A DNA stretch of 64,000 bases. Origin: Utricularia gibba (taxonomy: Eukaryota; Plantae; Magnoliophyta). Every line of letters begins with the position of its first letter. The first letter of the stretch is position 1. The stretch is taken from the NCBI GenBank assembly GCA_002189035.1, contig NEEC01000007.1:3224001-3288000 (forward strand), written 5' to 3'. A program made the translations under genes and the position numbers. Below the pieces are notes generated by a model. That model did not search any database, was not told the DNA's origin, and saw only the letters and a list, made by a program, of their open reading frames with translations. Of this stretch, positions 12,201 through 25,099 are shown piece by piece.

Positions 12201-14505
12201 CGAAACATGGAGTGCGATGTTACTAAGATGGGAATTCATAATTCTACTACTTTTAGAGTAAACATACGAAATGGAACATGTGACTGTGGATTTTGGCAAA
12301 CAGAATCTCTTCCATGCCTTCATGCACAAAGGGTATGTTTTATATTAATCTATATTTTATTTTTTATATCTAACACAATATCTTATTGTAGGCTTGTCAT
12401 GAATTTAATATAAATCCAAGAACAAGGGCAAGTCAGTTTTATCAGATTTGTTTTATGGAGAAAACTTATGCATATGAGGTTCACCCTTGTTGAGATAAGT
12501 CATATTGGCCATCTACTAGTTTTACACTTCATGTTGATCTTGAATATGAAAGTACAAGGATTGGTCATAAGAAGACATCACGTTATTAGGGTGCTGTTGA
12601 TTTTCAAAATCGTAAAGGACATCATTCTGTTGGAGTATAAAAACCACGTAAAACAACTATAGAGACTCCTGCTGAACAAGAGTATGTTCATCATGGTTTA
12701 GAAGTTCATCACCTTAGCGTCGTGATATGATATTGATGTCATCTAATTTTGAAGAAGTAAATCCAAGTACTTATAGACAATCAAGTTTTTATGGAGAAAA
12801 TTCAAATTACTTTGGAGGAGAGCCTAATAACTATGGAGGACGAATTCCCGCGAGACATTCTATTTCGCATCCACAAGAGTTCTCTCAACCTTCAACTAAA
12901 ACAAGATTCAGCAATAAACCTACTTCAAAAGAAGCTGTTTCCATATTGGATAGACTTTTCGGTGGATTTCGTAACTTTAGAAAATAAAACATTTATCATA
13001 TGTATTTTCATATTGTTGTATAAATTGTATTGTTTTAAATAAATGAAATATTGAAGCAATATCAATGTATTATTTGGAATAAATACCAAATATTTCATAA
13101 TAAATTGAGCCATTAACCCCTTTAGTAGGATAAAAAAAGGTTGTATTAAAGTTTCGATCAATTAATAACATGGTAATTGCCCCTGCTAGTACCGGAAGTG
13201 ATAATAAAAGTGGGAATGCTGTCACTAGAACGGATCAAACAAATAGGGGTGATCTATGCATAGTCATTTTAGGTCCATGCATAGTCGGGCTGTTCCAAAG
13301 AAAAAAAAAAGGATTCAGTGGGTAGGCTACGGAACCATTTCGTTGCATGGCCTTTTATTTTCATGTGTTCAGCAAGAATTTGCACATAAAAGCCGTAGGT
13401 AAGCCCTTAAAGGGACCTTGGGATATGACAACATAAAAGCCACAAAAAATACTATGAATAGTTTGTTTTTTTCTTAAAAACATTTATAAAAAAATATAAA
13501 ACAACTTGAAAAGAAGATATGTACTTTTTTTTTATCTATCAAGTGTTGAATGTAAATAAATTTTGTATAACATTAATCATGGTTTATATATATAAGTCAC
13601 ATGAATATTTAATTTGATTGTTTGAATAACTGTTAGATTAAAATGAGTATTATTATTTACCCTTTATTTTTTAATAAGGTTTATTCTTTATCCTTTATTA
13701 TTGAGTAAGTATTATTCTTTAATATTTATTATTTAATAGATGTTATTCTTTACACTTTATTATTGAATAAATATTATTCTTTACTGTTTATTTAAGTAAA
13801 CCATTATATTTAATTGAATGAGCATTATTCTTTACCGCTTATTGACACCTTTAGATTTATTTTATTGTTTTTTAATTTAAAATGATTAAATAAGAATTTT
13901 AAATTAAAAAATTAATTTAATTTAATTTTAAAATTCCTATGTACTCATGTTAAATTAAAACAAATCAAACTTTTGTTAAACAATATTTTTCATCAATTTT
14001 TTATTAATTGAATTAATATTGAATAATAACAATGATTCAAAAGAATCTTTTTTTTTCTAATTCCTATAATGCAATTTGAATTAAACTTATAGATAGAAAT
14101 GAATACTTTTAGATAGGTATTTGGTTATTTGAATATGAAATTCTTATTTTATTTTTTATTGTAATATTATTTTATTAAAATGTACAAATTAGATATATTG
14201 TAATTTCTTTTGAAATTAGATCTTCAAAACAATTTCTCTATTAATAATTTTTCCAATTTTTGAAAACTTAGACAACAAATTTATAATAAAATTAATTAAA
14301 AATGCTCACAAATAATACCTATTTTTTGTATTTTTAGTTTTATAAAATTTGAATTATTTATAATACTTATAATAAATTATTAAAACTAAATTTCAGTATT
14401 AATATAATTTTGAGAAATGAAACAGGTGCCCTGCACCAACAATTTCTAAAACAGTGTTGTATGACAAATAAAAAATGATGTCAGTGCTCTAACACAAATT
14501 TAGAG
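9258..14505 (+). mobile_element. Mutator-like DNA transposon (MULE), 5.25 kb, defective
   Basis: Degenerate ~90-bp TIRs (9258-~9352 and ~14415-14505) sharing the core TTGGTG[T/C]AGGGCACCTGTTT. 9-bp TSD GCGACATTT at 9249-9257 and 14506-14514. Internal mudrA-like gene. Confidence 0.88.
9866..12990 (+). pseudogene. MuDR (mudrA-like) transposase pseudogene: MuDR DNA-binding domain, MULE DDE domain, SWIM finger
   Basis: LSIGMDFKDKQVLKDAMKLY, LCVDATHLSSGYKYVLLAAVAIDAN, CIISDRGSGL and SWIM CDCGFWQTESLPCLHA. In-frame stops at 10675, 11296, 11332, 11611 and 11800; GT-AG introns retained. Confidence 0.92.
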
Positions 14506-15234
14506 GCGACATTTTCTACCAATAAAGCTCTCGTTTCTCCTAGTTAATCAAATCCCAGATTCTCAAATCCTTATAGAGCAGCTTATTTGACTGAAAGGTA
14601 CAGCCTTTTTTCACTTTAAGAGTACGATTAATGGACCCAACTTAGAAAACCAACTTGAATTTCAGGTGTAAGAACATCAATCGGTACTCTAAACGTGTAA
14701 GAAGATGGTGGCTGCCTATTGATTGGTTATCGTGTCTACGCCACGCGTATACAAACGCCACGTATACCTGAGATGATAAATTATTTATCTTTCACTTTAT
14801 CGTCGTTTTGCGTAGTGCTGGCTTTAGCATGCTAATATCAAGGTCATGCAATGGGCGCCACCCTTGCTCGCGGCTCATTGGAACTTGGCACCGCAAAAAC
14901 AATATGAAAATGAAAGAATTAGGAGGGATACTTCCAGAATCACCACCTTGCAGCAACTGTGCAGATGGATTAAAGAAATAGTTTGCTATCTTCATCTTCT
15001 TGAAATATCTATTGCCTTGGTGCGCCAATCATTCAGACCTCAGGGTTCCAACCCAGCCCCTTGCAAGGATATTATATCTGGTCCTTTTAGCCTTCATCGT
15101 TTCTCAGACACCCATTTCGTGAAATCTTGCTATAAGAAATCTCTTCACGCCGGTGTTTCAACCCGAAGTTTCCCGGAACCTTAATTTCCTGCTGTGCTGG
15201 GAAATAGATACTCTGTGGCCCATTTGCATTGCAG

Positions 15235-17219
15235 ATGCCGCTTCCGGTTTCGACGACTCATGACCGTCAGCCGGAATCCCATCGGCGGCAGTTACCACGC
15301 GCATCGACGCGGGTGCCCAGGACCAAATTGCGTACGCTCCTACGGGTCTCGTCGGTTGCTGCCGGTATCCAGTTTGGGTGGGCGCTGCAGCTATCGCTGT
15401 TGACGCCTTATGTACAAGAGTTGGGAATTCCTCACGCGTGGGCGAGTTTCATCTGGCTCTGCGGCCCCATCTCCGGGCTCTTTGTTCAACCGCTGGTGGG
15501 GCATTTCAGCGATCGTTGTTCCAGCCGCTTCGGACGGCGCCGCCCCTTCATTCTTGCCGGAGCAATATCTATCATCATCGCCGTTCTGATCGTGGGGAAC
15601 TCGGCTGATATCGGCTGGCTTTTGGGTGATCGCGGAGGCAAAAAAACGCGTGCGGTTGTCGTGTATGTATTCGGATTCTGGATTCTGGATGTCGCCAACA
15701 ATATGTCTCAAGGTCCATGCCGAGCCTTCCTTGCTGATCTTACTGGTAATTTTACTCCTTACCCGATAACTTCACAGGTTTGATTCCTTGTAGCATTAGC
15801 ATTTCGGTTTTAGACCAGAGTTCGAATCAAAACGCAAAGTTAGAGAACACTGTGGAAAGTTATCGCAGGAACAGCGGCAGTTTTTCTCCAGCTTATGTTC
15901 TGTTATTCTTGTAGAAAAGGATCCAAGAAGAACTCGTGTGGGGAATGCATATTTCTCACTGTTTATGGCGGTTGGAAATGTACTTGGTTATGCCACCGGA
16001 TCCTACAGTGGATGGTACAAAATTTTCCCCTTCACACTCACAGGATCCTGCACCATCAACTGCGCTAATCTGAAGGCGGCATTCCTAATCGACATCATCG
16101 TTATCGTCATTTGCACATCTGCGAGCCTCTCAGCAACAGATGAAAAGCCTCAAACTACTTTCCATAGGAATAATTCCGATGGAGGGGTGACCGGAGACTC
16201 CCCTGAGCATGAAGCTTTCGTCTGGGAAATCTTTGGGACTCTCAGATTTCTTCCATCTTCTGTTTGGATAATCTTGCTTATCACGGCCTTGACATGGATC
16301 GGATGGTTCCCTTTCACCCTTTTCGACACAGATTGGATGGGTCGTGAGATATATGGTGGCGAGCCAGATGGAGGGAAGAACTACAACGCTGGTGTTAGAA
16401 TGGGTTCTTTTGGGTTGATGCTGAACTCGATTGTTCTCGGGATCACATCAGTGTTCATGGAGAAGCTCTGTCAGATATCTGGTTCGGGTTTTGCGTGGGG
16501 CATTTCAAACATTCTCATGACTCTGTGCTTTGGAGCCATGGTTGCCATCACATACATGAAGAACAGTATGGATGGTGCTGAGCAGCTCCCTTCAACCGGC
16601 GTTGTGATCGCTGCATTGGTAGTCTTCGCCGTTCTTGGGATCCCATTAGCTGTAAGTTCCTTGATGCTTTTCTTACTTGGTCAGCGATAGGTAATTTCAG
16701 GGATCTCCGGTGACCTGCTGCAGGTAACATACAGTGTGCCCTACGCTTTGGTAGCTACACGCATTGAAGCGCTGGGGTTGGGCCAAGGTAGGACGAGCTT
16801 CCCTCATGTTTCAGTTCCACTCTTGCCTTCTTTCAAGCGAAAGTGCTGTGCGGAGATTCTCTTCACCGTGTGTATAATATAATCGATATTGCAGGCTTAT
16901 CCATGGGAGTTCTGAATCTGGCTGTTGCAATTCCTCAGGTAATTCGCCATGCTTCATTCAAGTACCACATTATTTGCCGTACACTAGGTCATCTCTATCA
17001 AGGCACAGTGAAGCACAGTGTTGACGATGCTTGTGCTTTTTTCTGGGAGAACAGGTCATTGTTTCAGTGGGATCCGGTCCGTGGGACCAACTGTTCGGCG
17101 GCGGAAACTCCCCGGCATTCATCGTAGGCGGACTGACGGCGTTCATCGGTGGGATCATAGCGATCTTGGCCATTCCCAGAAAAAGAATGGAGAAACCGAG
17201 CATCCTCCTCCGCCATTGA
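15235..17219 (+). CDS. SUT4: Sucrose/H+ symporter, SUT4 (type III) clade, 5 exons
   Basis: [56 protein letters not shown] and [13 protein letters not shown]. Exons ~15235-15744, 15916-16651, 16724-16787, 16895-16938, 17053-17219. Confidence 0.95.
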
Positions 17220-17628
17220 TTGTCGCCGGTGTTCTTCTTGCCCACGAAACCACTTTGCCTGGGAAAGTTGGCTTGTGTGTGTAGTACTCTGTACCTTTCT
17301 TGTGTGATCCATATCCAATAATCATCGATTTCTTTTATTTTCGTAGCTATCCACAAGTTGCCTTCGACCAATTAGATTTTGAGGGTTGTTCGGGGCTCAT
17401 TGCACCGTGTCGCATGGAGTCGAGTTCTACAGCCGAAAGCCGAATTTTGTAACGTTTATGTTGGGCGGAGGAGTCAAGATATTCCCGTTTTACGCTCTTT
17501 CTCTTTCTCGTGTCTGTTTCGATTCCCTCGACTCAACTCCTCCGATTCCGTATCGGCGCCTTCGGAAGTGGTCCCCTTTTGTCACTGTACCAACCGGTTT
17601 ATCGGAGTTTCTGGATGTGATTTGCTCA

Positions 17629-19166
17629 ATGGTTTCGATTCGGAGAACGCTGTCGCCTTACGGCGGTCGGATGTACCAAAAGGGATCCGATTCTCCGGCT
17701 TCATTGCAGGCGGCGCCGCAAAAATTGTTTTCTCATAGCAGGTCCACGTTTTCTCCAATCAGGAGATTTATCGCCGGGCTTCTTCCACTCGTTCATTTCC
17801 CTAGGAAGGGGAATCGACTGAAAAGGTCATTGTTTAGCTGTATGATGTTCTTTTTCCTAGGGATCATACTCGGTATGGCGCCGCTCGAGGGTGATTTCAT
17901 GACTGATTTAAGGAATCGGGATCTGGTAAATGCTGGATTTCATGCGGCGGTGCCGGTGAATGTGTCGGGATTGATTGTCGCCGGTGAAGTAGGTGCTGCG
18001 AAGGAATTAGTAGATTCTGTTACACTTGAGGCTTCTACCATCAGCTTCAGAAACGGGAGAAAACGGATTTTGGATTCTTCTTCGACTGGGAAGCCGTTAA
18101 TCGTTGTGACACCAACGTATAGCAGAGGTTTGCAGGCATACTATTTGAACAGATTGGGTCAGGTTTTGAAGCTTTTGAAACCTCCCGTTTTGTGGATGGT
18201 CGTGGAGACAAAAGTTGCGTCATTGGAAACTGCTGATATCTTGAGGAATCTTGGAGTTGTGTACAGGCATTTGGTCTCTAAGAGAACCAACGAAAACGTG
18301 AAGGATAGAGGGGTGCACCAGCGCAACACTGCGCTTGAACATATTGAAAAGCACAAACTTGATGGGATTGTGTACTTTGCTGATGATGATAATGTGTACA
18401 CTATTGACTTGTTCGAAAGCATAAGAAACATCAGGTACACTTCTATTTCTCTCTAACCTAGAATCAGATCCATTGTTGTTTAACCTGATGCTTGATCCAT
18501 CACCTGATCCTTCTTGTTGGTTGACCACTGGTGAACGCTGTCCTATAGTCAACCACCTCTCTAAGGAATTCGGTTGAGTTTAGGATGATCTGCAGGGTGA
18601 CCCCAGTCCCATTTTGTCCTGTCCTAAATTGAATTCGATGTGTCTGTTGTTGTTCAGTTGTTTCGGGACATGGCCGGTTGGGATGATGGCACAGAGCAAA
18701 AACAAAGCGATTCTCGAAGGTCCTGTGTGCTCTGGAGATCAGGTAATAGGATGGCACACAAATGAAAAGAGCAAAAGGCTTCGTAGATTCCATGTCGATA
18801 TGTCCGGCTTTGCCTTCAACAGCACCATTTTATGGGATCCCAAACGCCGGCGTCGTCATCCATCAGACCCAATTCGGCAGCTGGACACAGTGAAGGAGGG
18901 TTTCCAAGTAGGACCATCATTCTTACCAGAAACATCAACTTGCTTCTTCCATGTGTTAAAAGACACTTTTCATCTTCCCAAGCCCCTAACATGACTGCAT
19001 TTGTTCAGGAAACTACTTTCATAGAGCAAATTGTGGAAGACGAGAGCCATATGGAAGCCATTCCCCCGGCTGTAATCGAATAATGAACTGGCATCTCCAT
19101 CTGGATGCTGGTGAGATCATCTACCCCAGCGGCTGGATGCTCCGAGAGAATCTCGACGCCACTTGA
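17629..19166 (+). CDS. IRX9L: GT43 beta-1,4-xylosyltransferase IRX9-like, with an apparent 1-bp frameshift in the last exon
   Basis: [11 protein letters not shown]-terminus, a TM segment, [20 protein letters not shown] and EGPVC...[34 protein letters not shown]-terminal [12 protein letters not shown] lies in a shifted frame. Confidence 0.93.
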
Positions 19167-19821
19167 CAGGGGATATCCTGGCAAATCCATGCGGTATGCT
19201 TCCACATTTCATAGAGAAAATGATGATACCTTTGTTTCATTTATATATATATGAGAAAAAAAAAATAGTAGTAGCCCCAGGAGCAGCAGCAGTAGTCCAT
19301 CTGTTTTAGAAGAAGTGCATCCTCTGGGATTAGCCACAGTTTTCATTTACAAAAGAACAGAGAATCTAAATCATTAAACAAGATGAAGATCTCCCCCTTT
19401 TTTTCTGGAACGATTTTGATGCTGCCGCACCGGGTATGTGCAGTCATCCAAACCGCACCCCATTGATCTCGTCATCTAGTGAGACATTTAAAGAGTAGCA
19501 TTTCGTTAAATAGTTGGGAACGACAGGGATTCGTGACCGCATTAAGAGAGGTTCCAGTGGCTGAAACAGTCCCATCTGCATTTCCACTTGAAACAGAGAA
19601 GAGGCCCACCGTGGTTCTATGATTGTCAAATGGATGTTTGTGGAAGCAAGAGGGGGCCGATTGAGTTTCTTCTGGTCCTGATAGGCCTTCATTGTCTTGG
19701 TCCAGCGCCTTCTCCAATCCTGGAATAAAGGTTGCATGCATATCATTCACTCATGGTATTACTGGGCAGTGCTGGCAATTTCAATCAATGGGGCAAAAGG
19801 TATGCGCACCTCTTTGGAGTA

Positions 19822-21053
19822 TTAGTTCAGTACAACGGAAGATGGATGAGGTTTCCTGTGGAAGAAAAGAGAGCTCAACAGAAAAGCAATCCACGCGATG
19901 ACTATACTGAAGACAAGCCGTATTGGGGATATCTCTCTTGGCAGCTGCCTTCTTAGGGCACCTCCTGCCATTTCAGCCGGCCTCGTGTCCCTTAAAGAAA
20001 CACAGCCATCAAGAAAGCCGAGACTTGGGAATCATAGAAGCAAGTAATGTTGGAATGCCAAGGTGAAAATAGTTGGTTATCAGTTTTGTGAAGGAAAATG
20101 CAACTAAACCAATAGAGTTCATCATACCTGGACTCTGGAATAGTACTGATGTCACTGGGACCAGTGCACCTGGTTTCATGGGTACGCTTCTCTCGCAGTT
20201 GAATGTATCTTCGGCACAAGCGACACAACCCCATCCGGTTGCCACATACCTCCTAGATAACCAGCCAAAGCCCCATTATACTCACGAAAGTAGAACTTAG
20301 AGGTGGCACACATTTGCATTACTACTACCTGATGCTCCACCAAATCAATTGCAGGCAACAGGAACTGGCAATATTCACAAGTCACAATCCTTTGTGGGCA
20401 GATTTCTCTTCGGTGAACATCTAAAATGCTACGGTCCATTGTCTCACTACAAAGGGAACACGACGCCTGCCAAGAAATCATCAACAATGGTAATGATCGC
20501 ATTACTCATCTGACGGCCGAGGTATATGTATGCACGAACCTCTGCATGAGCGCCTGAAAAATGCTCCTCTGGGAATTTCTCAGGAACTGTATCTCCACAA
20601 ACTTTGCACTTTTCAAGATCTCGCGAGCAATGAGCATTGTCCAAATCAGTATTGGAAGATGGGACTGCTCTGTCACTGGACATTATTATGAAAAATTGGA
20701 CTCTTCTCCAATAAACAACACGGAAGGATAAGCATGAACCCAAACCCCAAAATCAGTATCAAAAAGTTTGTGCTCCTGAAGAGAATGCAGAAATGTTGCA
20801 GGATGAATTAAGAATGATCAATTGCATAACCATCAACCAATTCACCTAGTCGTTCGATATCCAAAATTCACTGGAAAGCACAAAATACCACGACAACTTA
20901 TTTAATGATTTGGGACCAACATATAAACACACACAAATTTCAGCACCAACAGACGGCGAAAAAAACAGTAACTACTCGAGCAACAAGAGGTGCGTCAAAG
21001 GCTCACCAGTGAATGCACATGATTGTGGCCTGATCAGCAGAAGCTTCAGCCAT
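19822..21053 (-). CDS. TRAF-type / XAF1-like multi-zinc-finger protein with a C-terminal membrane anchor, 5 exons
   Basis: Five C-x2-C-x11-H-x3/4-C/H-like units (e.g. CKVCGDTVPEKFPEEHFSGAH, CEYCQFLLPAIDLVEHQEVC) and a hydrophobic tail RLVFSIVIAWIAFLLSSLFFHRK. Confidence 0.85.
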
Positions 21054-21486
21054 TACACCCCCGTGAAAAGTCTTGATTAGAATGATCGGATCCCGCAGGA
21101 TAAAGTATTACGGAGCAAATCGCCTAAGATTAGAGGATCTACGGATTCGCTGGGTTCCGATAATCAAGTTAAAACAAAAAGATTCACCAAATTGCGTGAA
21201 AGATCTGAACAAGCAGAGCTGAAAGAATGATCCAGGGGAAGCGCATTCGGATCGATCGAATGAGAGCAGACACACGCGGCTTACGTTCCGCGCCGCCCTC
21301 GTCTGATCCTCTGACTCGTAAATTAGGAATCAGGAATTTTATCTATTTATTTATTTATTTTCATTAATTATGAAGCTGAAGCTGAACGTGCATCTCCGGG
21401 CATAAATTATTCTTTACTTTTCGCACTGAATCTTCTGTAATCTGTTGGTTGAGTTTTGGGCGTAGGATAATGCAAACTGCAGGAGC

Positions 21487-23217
21487 TTAGGGACGACCCC
21501 TGGATAAATCAACGTTCCAGATTGCTGCGTCACCTTCTCCGCAATCGGCGTGTACTTGCTTCATCCTGTCAACTGATTTGCATATTCCGCTACACTCCCA
21601 ATCAAATGTTGCTGCGCACGCTTTCCCTTCATGGGCCTTAATCTGGCACTCTGTGATGCATTCCACAGTGTTGGTTTGCTTTGTATTCGTTGAACATGAT
21701 GTGCATAGGGTTCAGTCGACGTACCTGGTGGTGTTTTGCAGCACATAGAAGGGTCGTCGACATGCTCCACTTCTAATCCGATCAGCCAGGAGCCCAGCGA
21801 AACATCCTCGTTAGCGAAAAGGTGCAAGATGTCACTGTTATTGTATGTGGGTGAGGTTTGGGTAGCATCATGGTTGATGATCATTTACATTTTTCGCTTA
21901 CTAGTTGGTTGAAATGTAAGTTGCTAGATCCTTGGAGATGGCGTAGATTTGGCCGGTGGCATGTCTGAAGTACTTGTTGCCTTCGTCCCCAAATTTCCAG
22001 TGCTCTGGTTCATGATATCTCTCTCCCCTTTCATATGAAAAGTAATGGTAAATGCCTCTGAAAAAAGTTGCTCTGTGTGATGTGTTCTGCTTCGAATCAT
22101 CCTGATTTCGAACCTTTTACTCACTTTTGAGAAAGAACAGGGCCAGATTTCATGCACCCAATGTAGGTTCTGGGATTAGATCTGTGCTCAGCCAGTTTGC
22201 TAACAAGTGCTCCTGAGAATGCAAACACTAAACCATGAGTGGATCAGAAGATGCGCCAAAGAATGGTATATTCTTCGTTATCTGCTGTGGGTTGTACCTA
22301 AATTGACATGGACATCATCATCAACCTTGACATAGAATTCAGCATCCCAAAGGGAGACTGCCGTGGAGAAAAAGAGGCGCGTTTTAGTGGAAAGTTGGTG
22401 GTAGCCCTCTACATGGTTGAGCCGTAAAATGTCTCTGAACTTTGCTTCCTCTGCATCAATAGCTTTATCAAGAGCTCCCATAGCTGCAGCACTGTGTCCT
22501 ATGACGAATCTCAGCACCACCCTTTATCCTTCTCCAGTTTCCTCAGATTGTCCCCTGTTCAGATTGAGTAAGCAGCAGACACTGCAAAGGTAAAAGGTCT
22601 TCTTCAAGAGCAGACCTTTTAACATCCATGTGGCTCGCAGGGAGTCCCTTCTTTTCCGGCTGCTGAACGCTGTATTGATTCCGATTACTGCAAAAGCTTT
22701 TTGTGGTGCCTTGTTATCTGTTAGTGGTGTGGTGACTTGCTCCTTCAGCGTTCGAGCTTCATCCAGGTCTGTCTCCCATCTATCAAGCGTCCTGACTCTA
22801 ACAGCTTCCCCAGAGGCTTCTTCCCTTGTGGTTTCCTGAAGCGATTCTGCAACTGTTACTCTGAAGACTGAAGCAAGAAGATCAATGGATGGTTCGTCTT
22901 ACTTGCACCGGATCACAATCCTGGAGATTCCTCAGATGCTTGTGGAGTTGTAGGGGCTGTGAGGAGATGAACGTTCCCACGATAAAGCTCAATGCACAGA
23001 GGCCAGAGATAAGTTTCATGGAAACCGATTTCCCTTTCAGTTTTTTCCTCTGGCTGCTGAGTTGCAATGGCCATGAAAGTGACTCCCCCGCATTCGAGCT
23101 CTTTTCGCTTGCAAGAACCATGGTTTTGTTGCAGAACAGAGGATCAAGTGCCGCTTTCAGGGACGATTGCAACAGAAGATGGCATGGGATTTGAGGCCTG
23201 GTTTTAGTAGACGACAT
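21487..23217 (-). CDS. GT31 beta-1,3-galactosyltransferase (B3GALT8/KNS4/UPEX1-like); start codon uncertain
   Basis: [57 protein letters not shown]...[25 protein letters not shown] and [11 protein letters not shown]. Confidence 0.93.
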
Positions 23218-23899
23218 GTAGGAAAGTTTGCTTGAGCCTTGAGGTGGTAGTTTAGTCATGTCTCCTTCGTGTCTCAACAGACTTTGCATGTCCATCTGCG
23301 TTCTTCGTAACTGGGAATGCTCATGGGTTGGGTTCCGTAACATATCATTATAAACATATTGAATCTGATTAAATATCTGAATAATTAATTTCGATCCGAT
23401 TTTCCATAGAAATCAAGGAATTTTTTTAATTATATTATATATTTTAAACATTAAGAAGTTTTTAGATTCAAGTAAATATTTGAATAATTAATTTCAATTC
23501 AATTTTTGATAGTAATGGAGAAGTTTTTCTACTTGTATCCTATATGTTAAATATCAAGGGCCCGCTTATTATGTGTGTTTAATTTATTAAGGTTTATATT
23601 ATTATGGTATAAATAAATCCATGGATATTAGTTAAAAAAATATGTTTGTTTGATAGATGTGTTTAAATTATTATGGTTTAGTAAAATTAATGATTTGGTA
23701 TGATTGAATAAGTTTAGATGATTTACAATGTTATATGTTGAATGTCAACTATATACCTATAATTATATAGAATATTTATTTTTGTTTTTGTATGTACACA
23801 TGCCACGTGAAATTTTATTAATTGAAGATAATCAAAGACATGAATGAAGATTAAGCTCCTTAATGGACAGTTTGTGAGGACTCAAAACCACTAATACAA

Positions 23900-25090
23900 G
23901 TTTGAAGTTCAAAATATGCCATGCTTTCAATCAATCAACTATTACAATAAAAGTGTGATTTTTTTGAATTCTTGAATGCATTCATTTTGCTGAAGTGACT
24001 AAACCCTATATCTCCTACTCCTATAATCAATCTACAATGCATTTGCAAAATCATCCCAAAAATATGTCTAGACTTCAGTATTCTCAATACTCGATATATC
24101 TTCTTCTCTATGTTCATACTCTTAGGCATCAAGGTTAATCCAATCCTTAGTGAATTCTTTCTCATATGGATCTATAGGCATCTCTAGTTGAAGAAAGTTA
24201 TTGAGGATAGTACAAGTAAGAATAATTATGTTTTGAATCCTGACAGGGTAATAACTACAGTTATGAATTAATCTTCATTTTATTTTCATTAGACTTCATG
24301 GTCTCTTAAGAACATTTCTTGCACTCACATACCTCTTGTTGAAGAGTTGATGTACATTTTACAACCCTCTTGAACTTGCATCACATTCTTTACGATGGTA
24401 ACGTGCACCTCTATATAGTGCAAAAACACCATCACTATTTGTGTAGCCATCACTACACAAATATTAGAAACCTACAAAAATTAAATTTTTAATCATGAAG
24501 TTCAACCCTATAATATAAATAAATTGCAAATAAGTTTAAAATATGTTATCTTTATGAACCATGAATGTTTCTATATAATAAATTATATTTTGAAGCACTC
24601 AATTATCAATAATCGTTACTTCCCAACCAACTAAAATATAAATAAACATAAATCTATCATCACAAACTTTTAATACATTAGTGATAACTTGTAATTTACA
24701 ATTACATCATTTCGCTTTGTCAATGGTTTTAGACATCAAAATTTGAATTACTCAATGCACCTAGATAATTCTACAATAAGAATAAAGAACATAAAAAAAT
24801 AATAATTACACTTTAGTTTATGCATTAAATAGGAAATCAATAAACTTAAAAAATATAAATTGAAAATGTTTAAACCTAGATATTGTGTTAGAATTGTCAA
24901 TTGAAGTAAACTTTTTCATTAGTCTTTCATGCAATACAAGAATCGCAACAATACCTTATTAAGATACTTAGATATAGTGCAAAATGAACGCTCAAAACTA
25001 AATTTTTCTTTACGTGCTTTTCTATGATGAGATACAATTGACATAAAAAAATTGATACTTACTCTACAAAATCTAAGTATTTAAAAGGTT
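23900..25090 (-). pseudogene. Degenerate PIF/Harbinger DDE transposase remnant
   Basis: Minus-strand fragments SIVSHHRK, ERSFCTISKYLNKVL, NYLGAL and GYTNSDGVFALYRGARYHRKE...LFNKRYVSARNVLKR resemble Harbinger motifs (RSGETISRHF, CIGAIDG, PYRGVRYH, LFNLRHSSARNVIER). Many stops and frameshifts. Confidence 0.72.
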
Positions 25091-25099
25091 TAAAGTTAT

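Noticed and set aside
14740-14770. Paired CCACGCGT/CCACGTAT (ABRE/CE3-like) motifs upstream of SUT4
   Set aside because: Short motifs common by chance; function cannot be supported from sequence alone.
14846-15184. 112-aa ORF just upstream of SUT4 (possible uORF)
   Set aside because: No recognisable homology, the TSS is unknown, and it probably lies largely in promoter DNA.
19444-19750. Two overlapping ~95-aa minus-strand ORFs between IRX9-L and the zinc-finger gene
   Set aside because: No domain recognised; most likely 3' UTR sequence of convergent genes.
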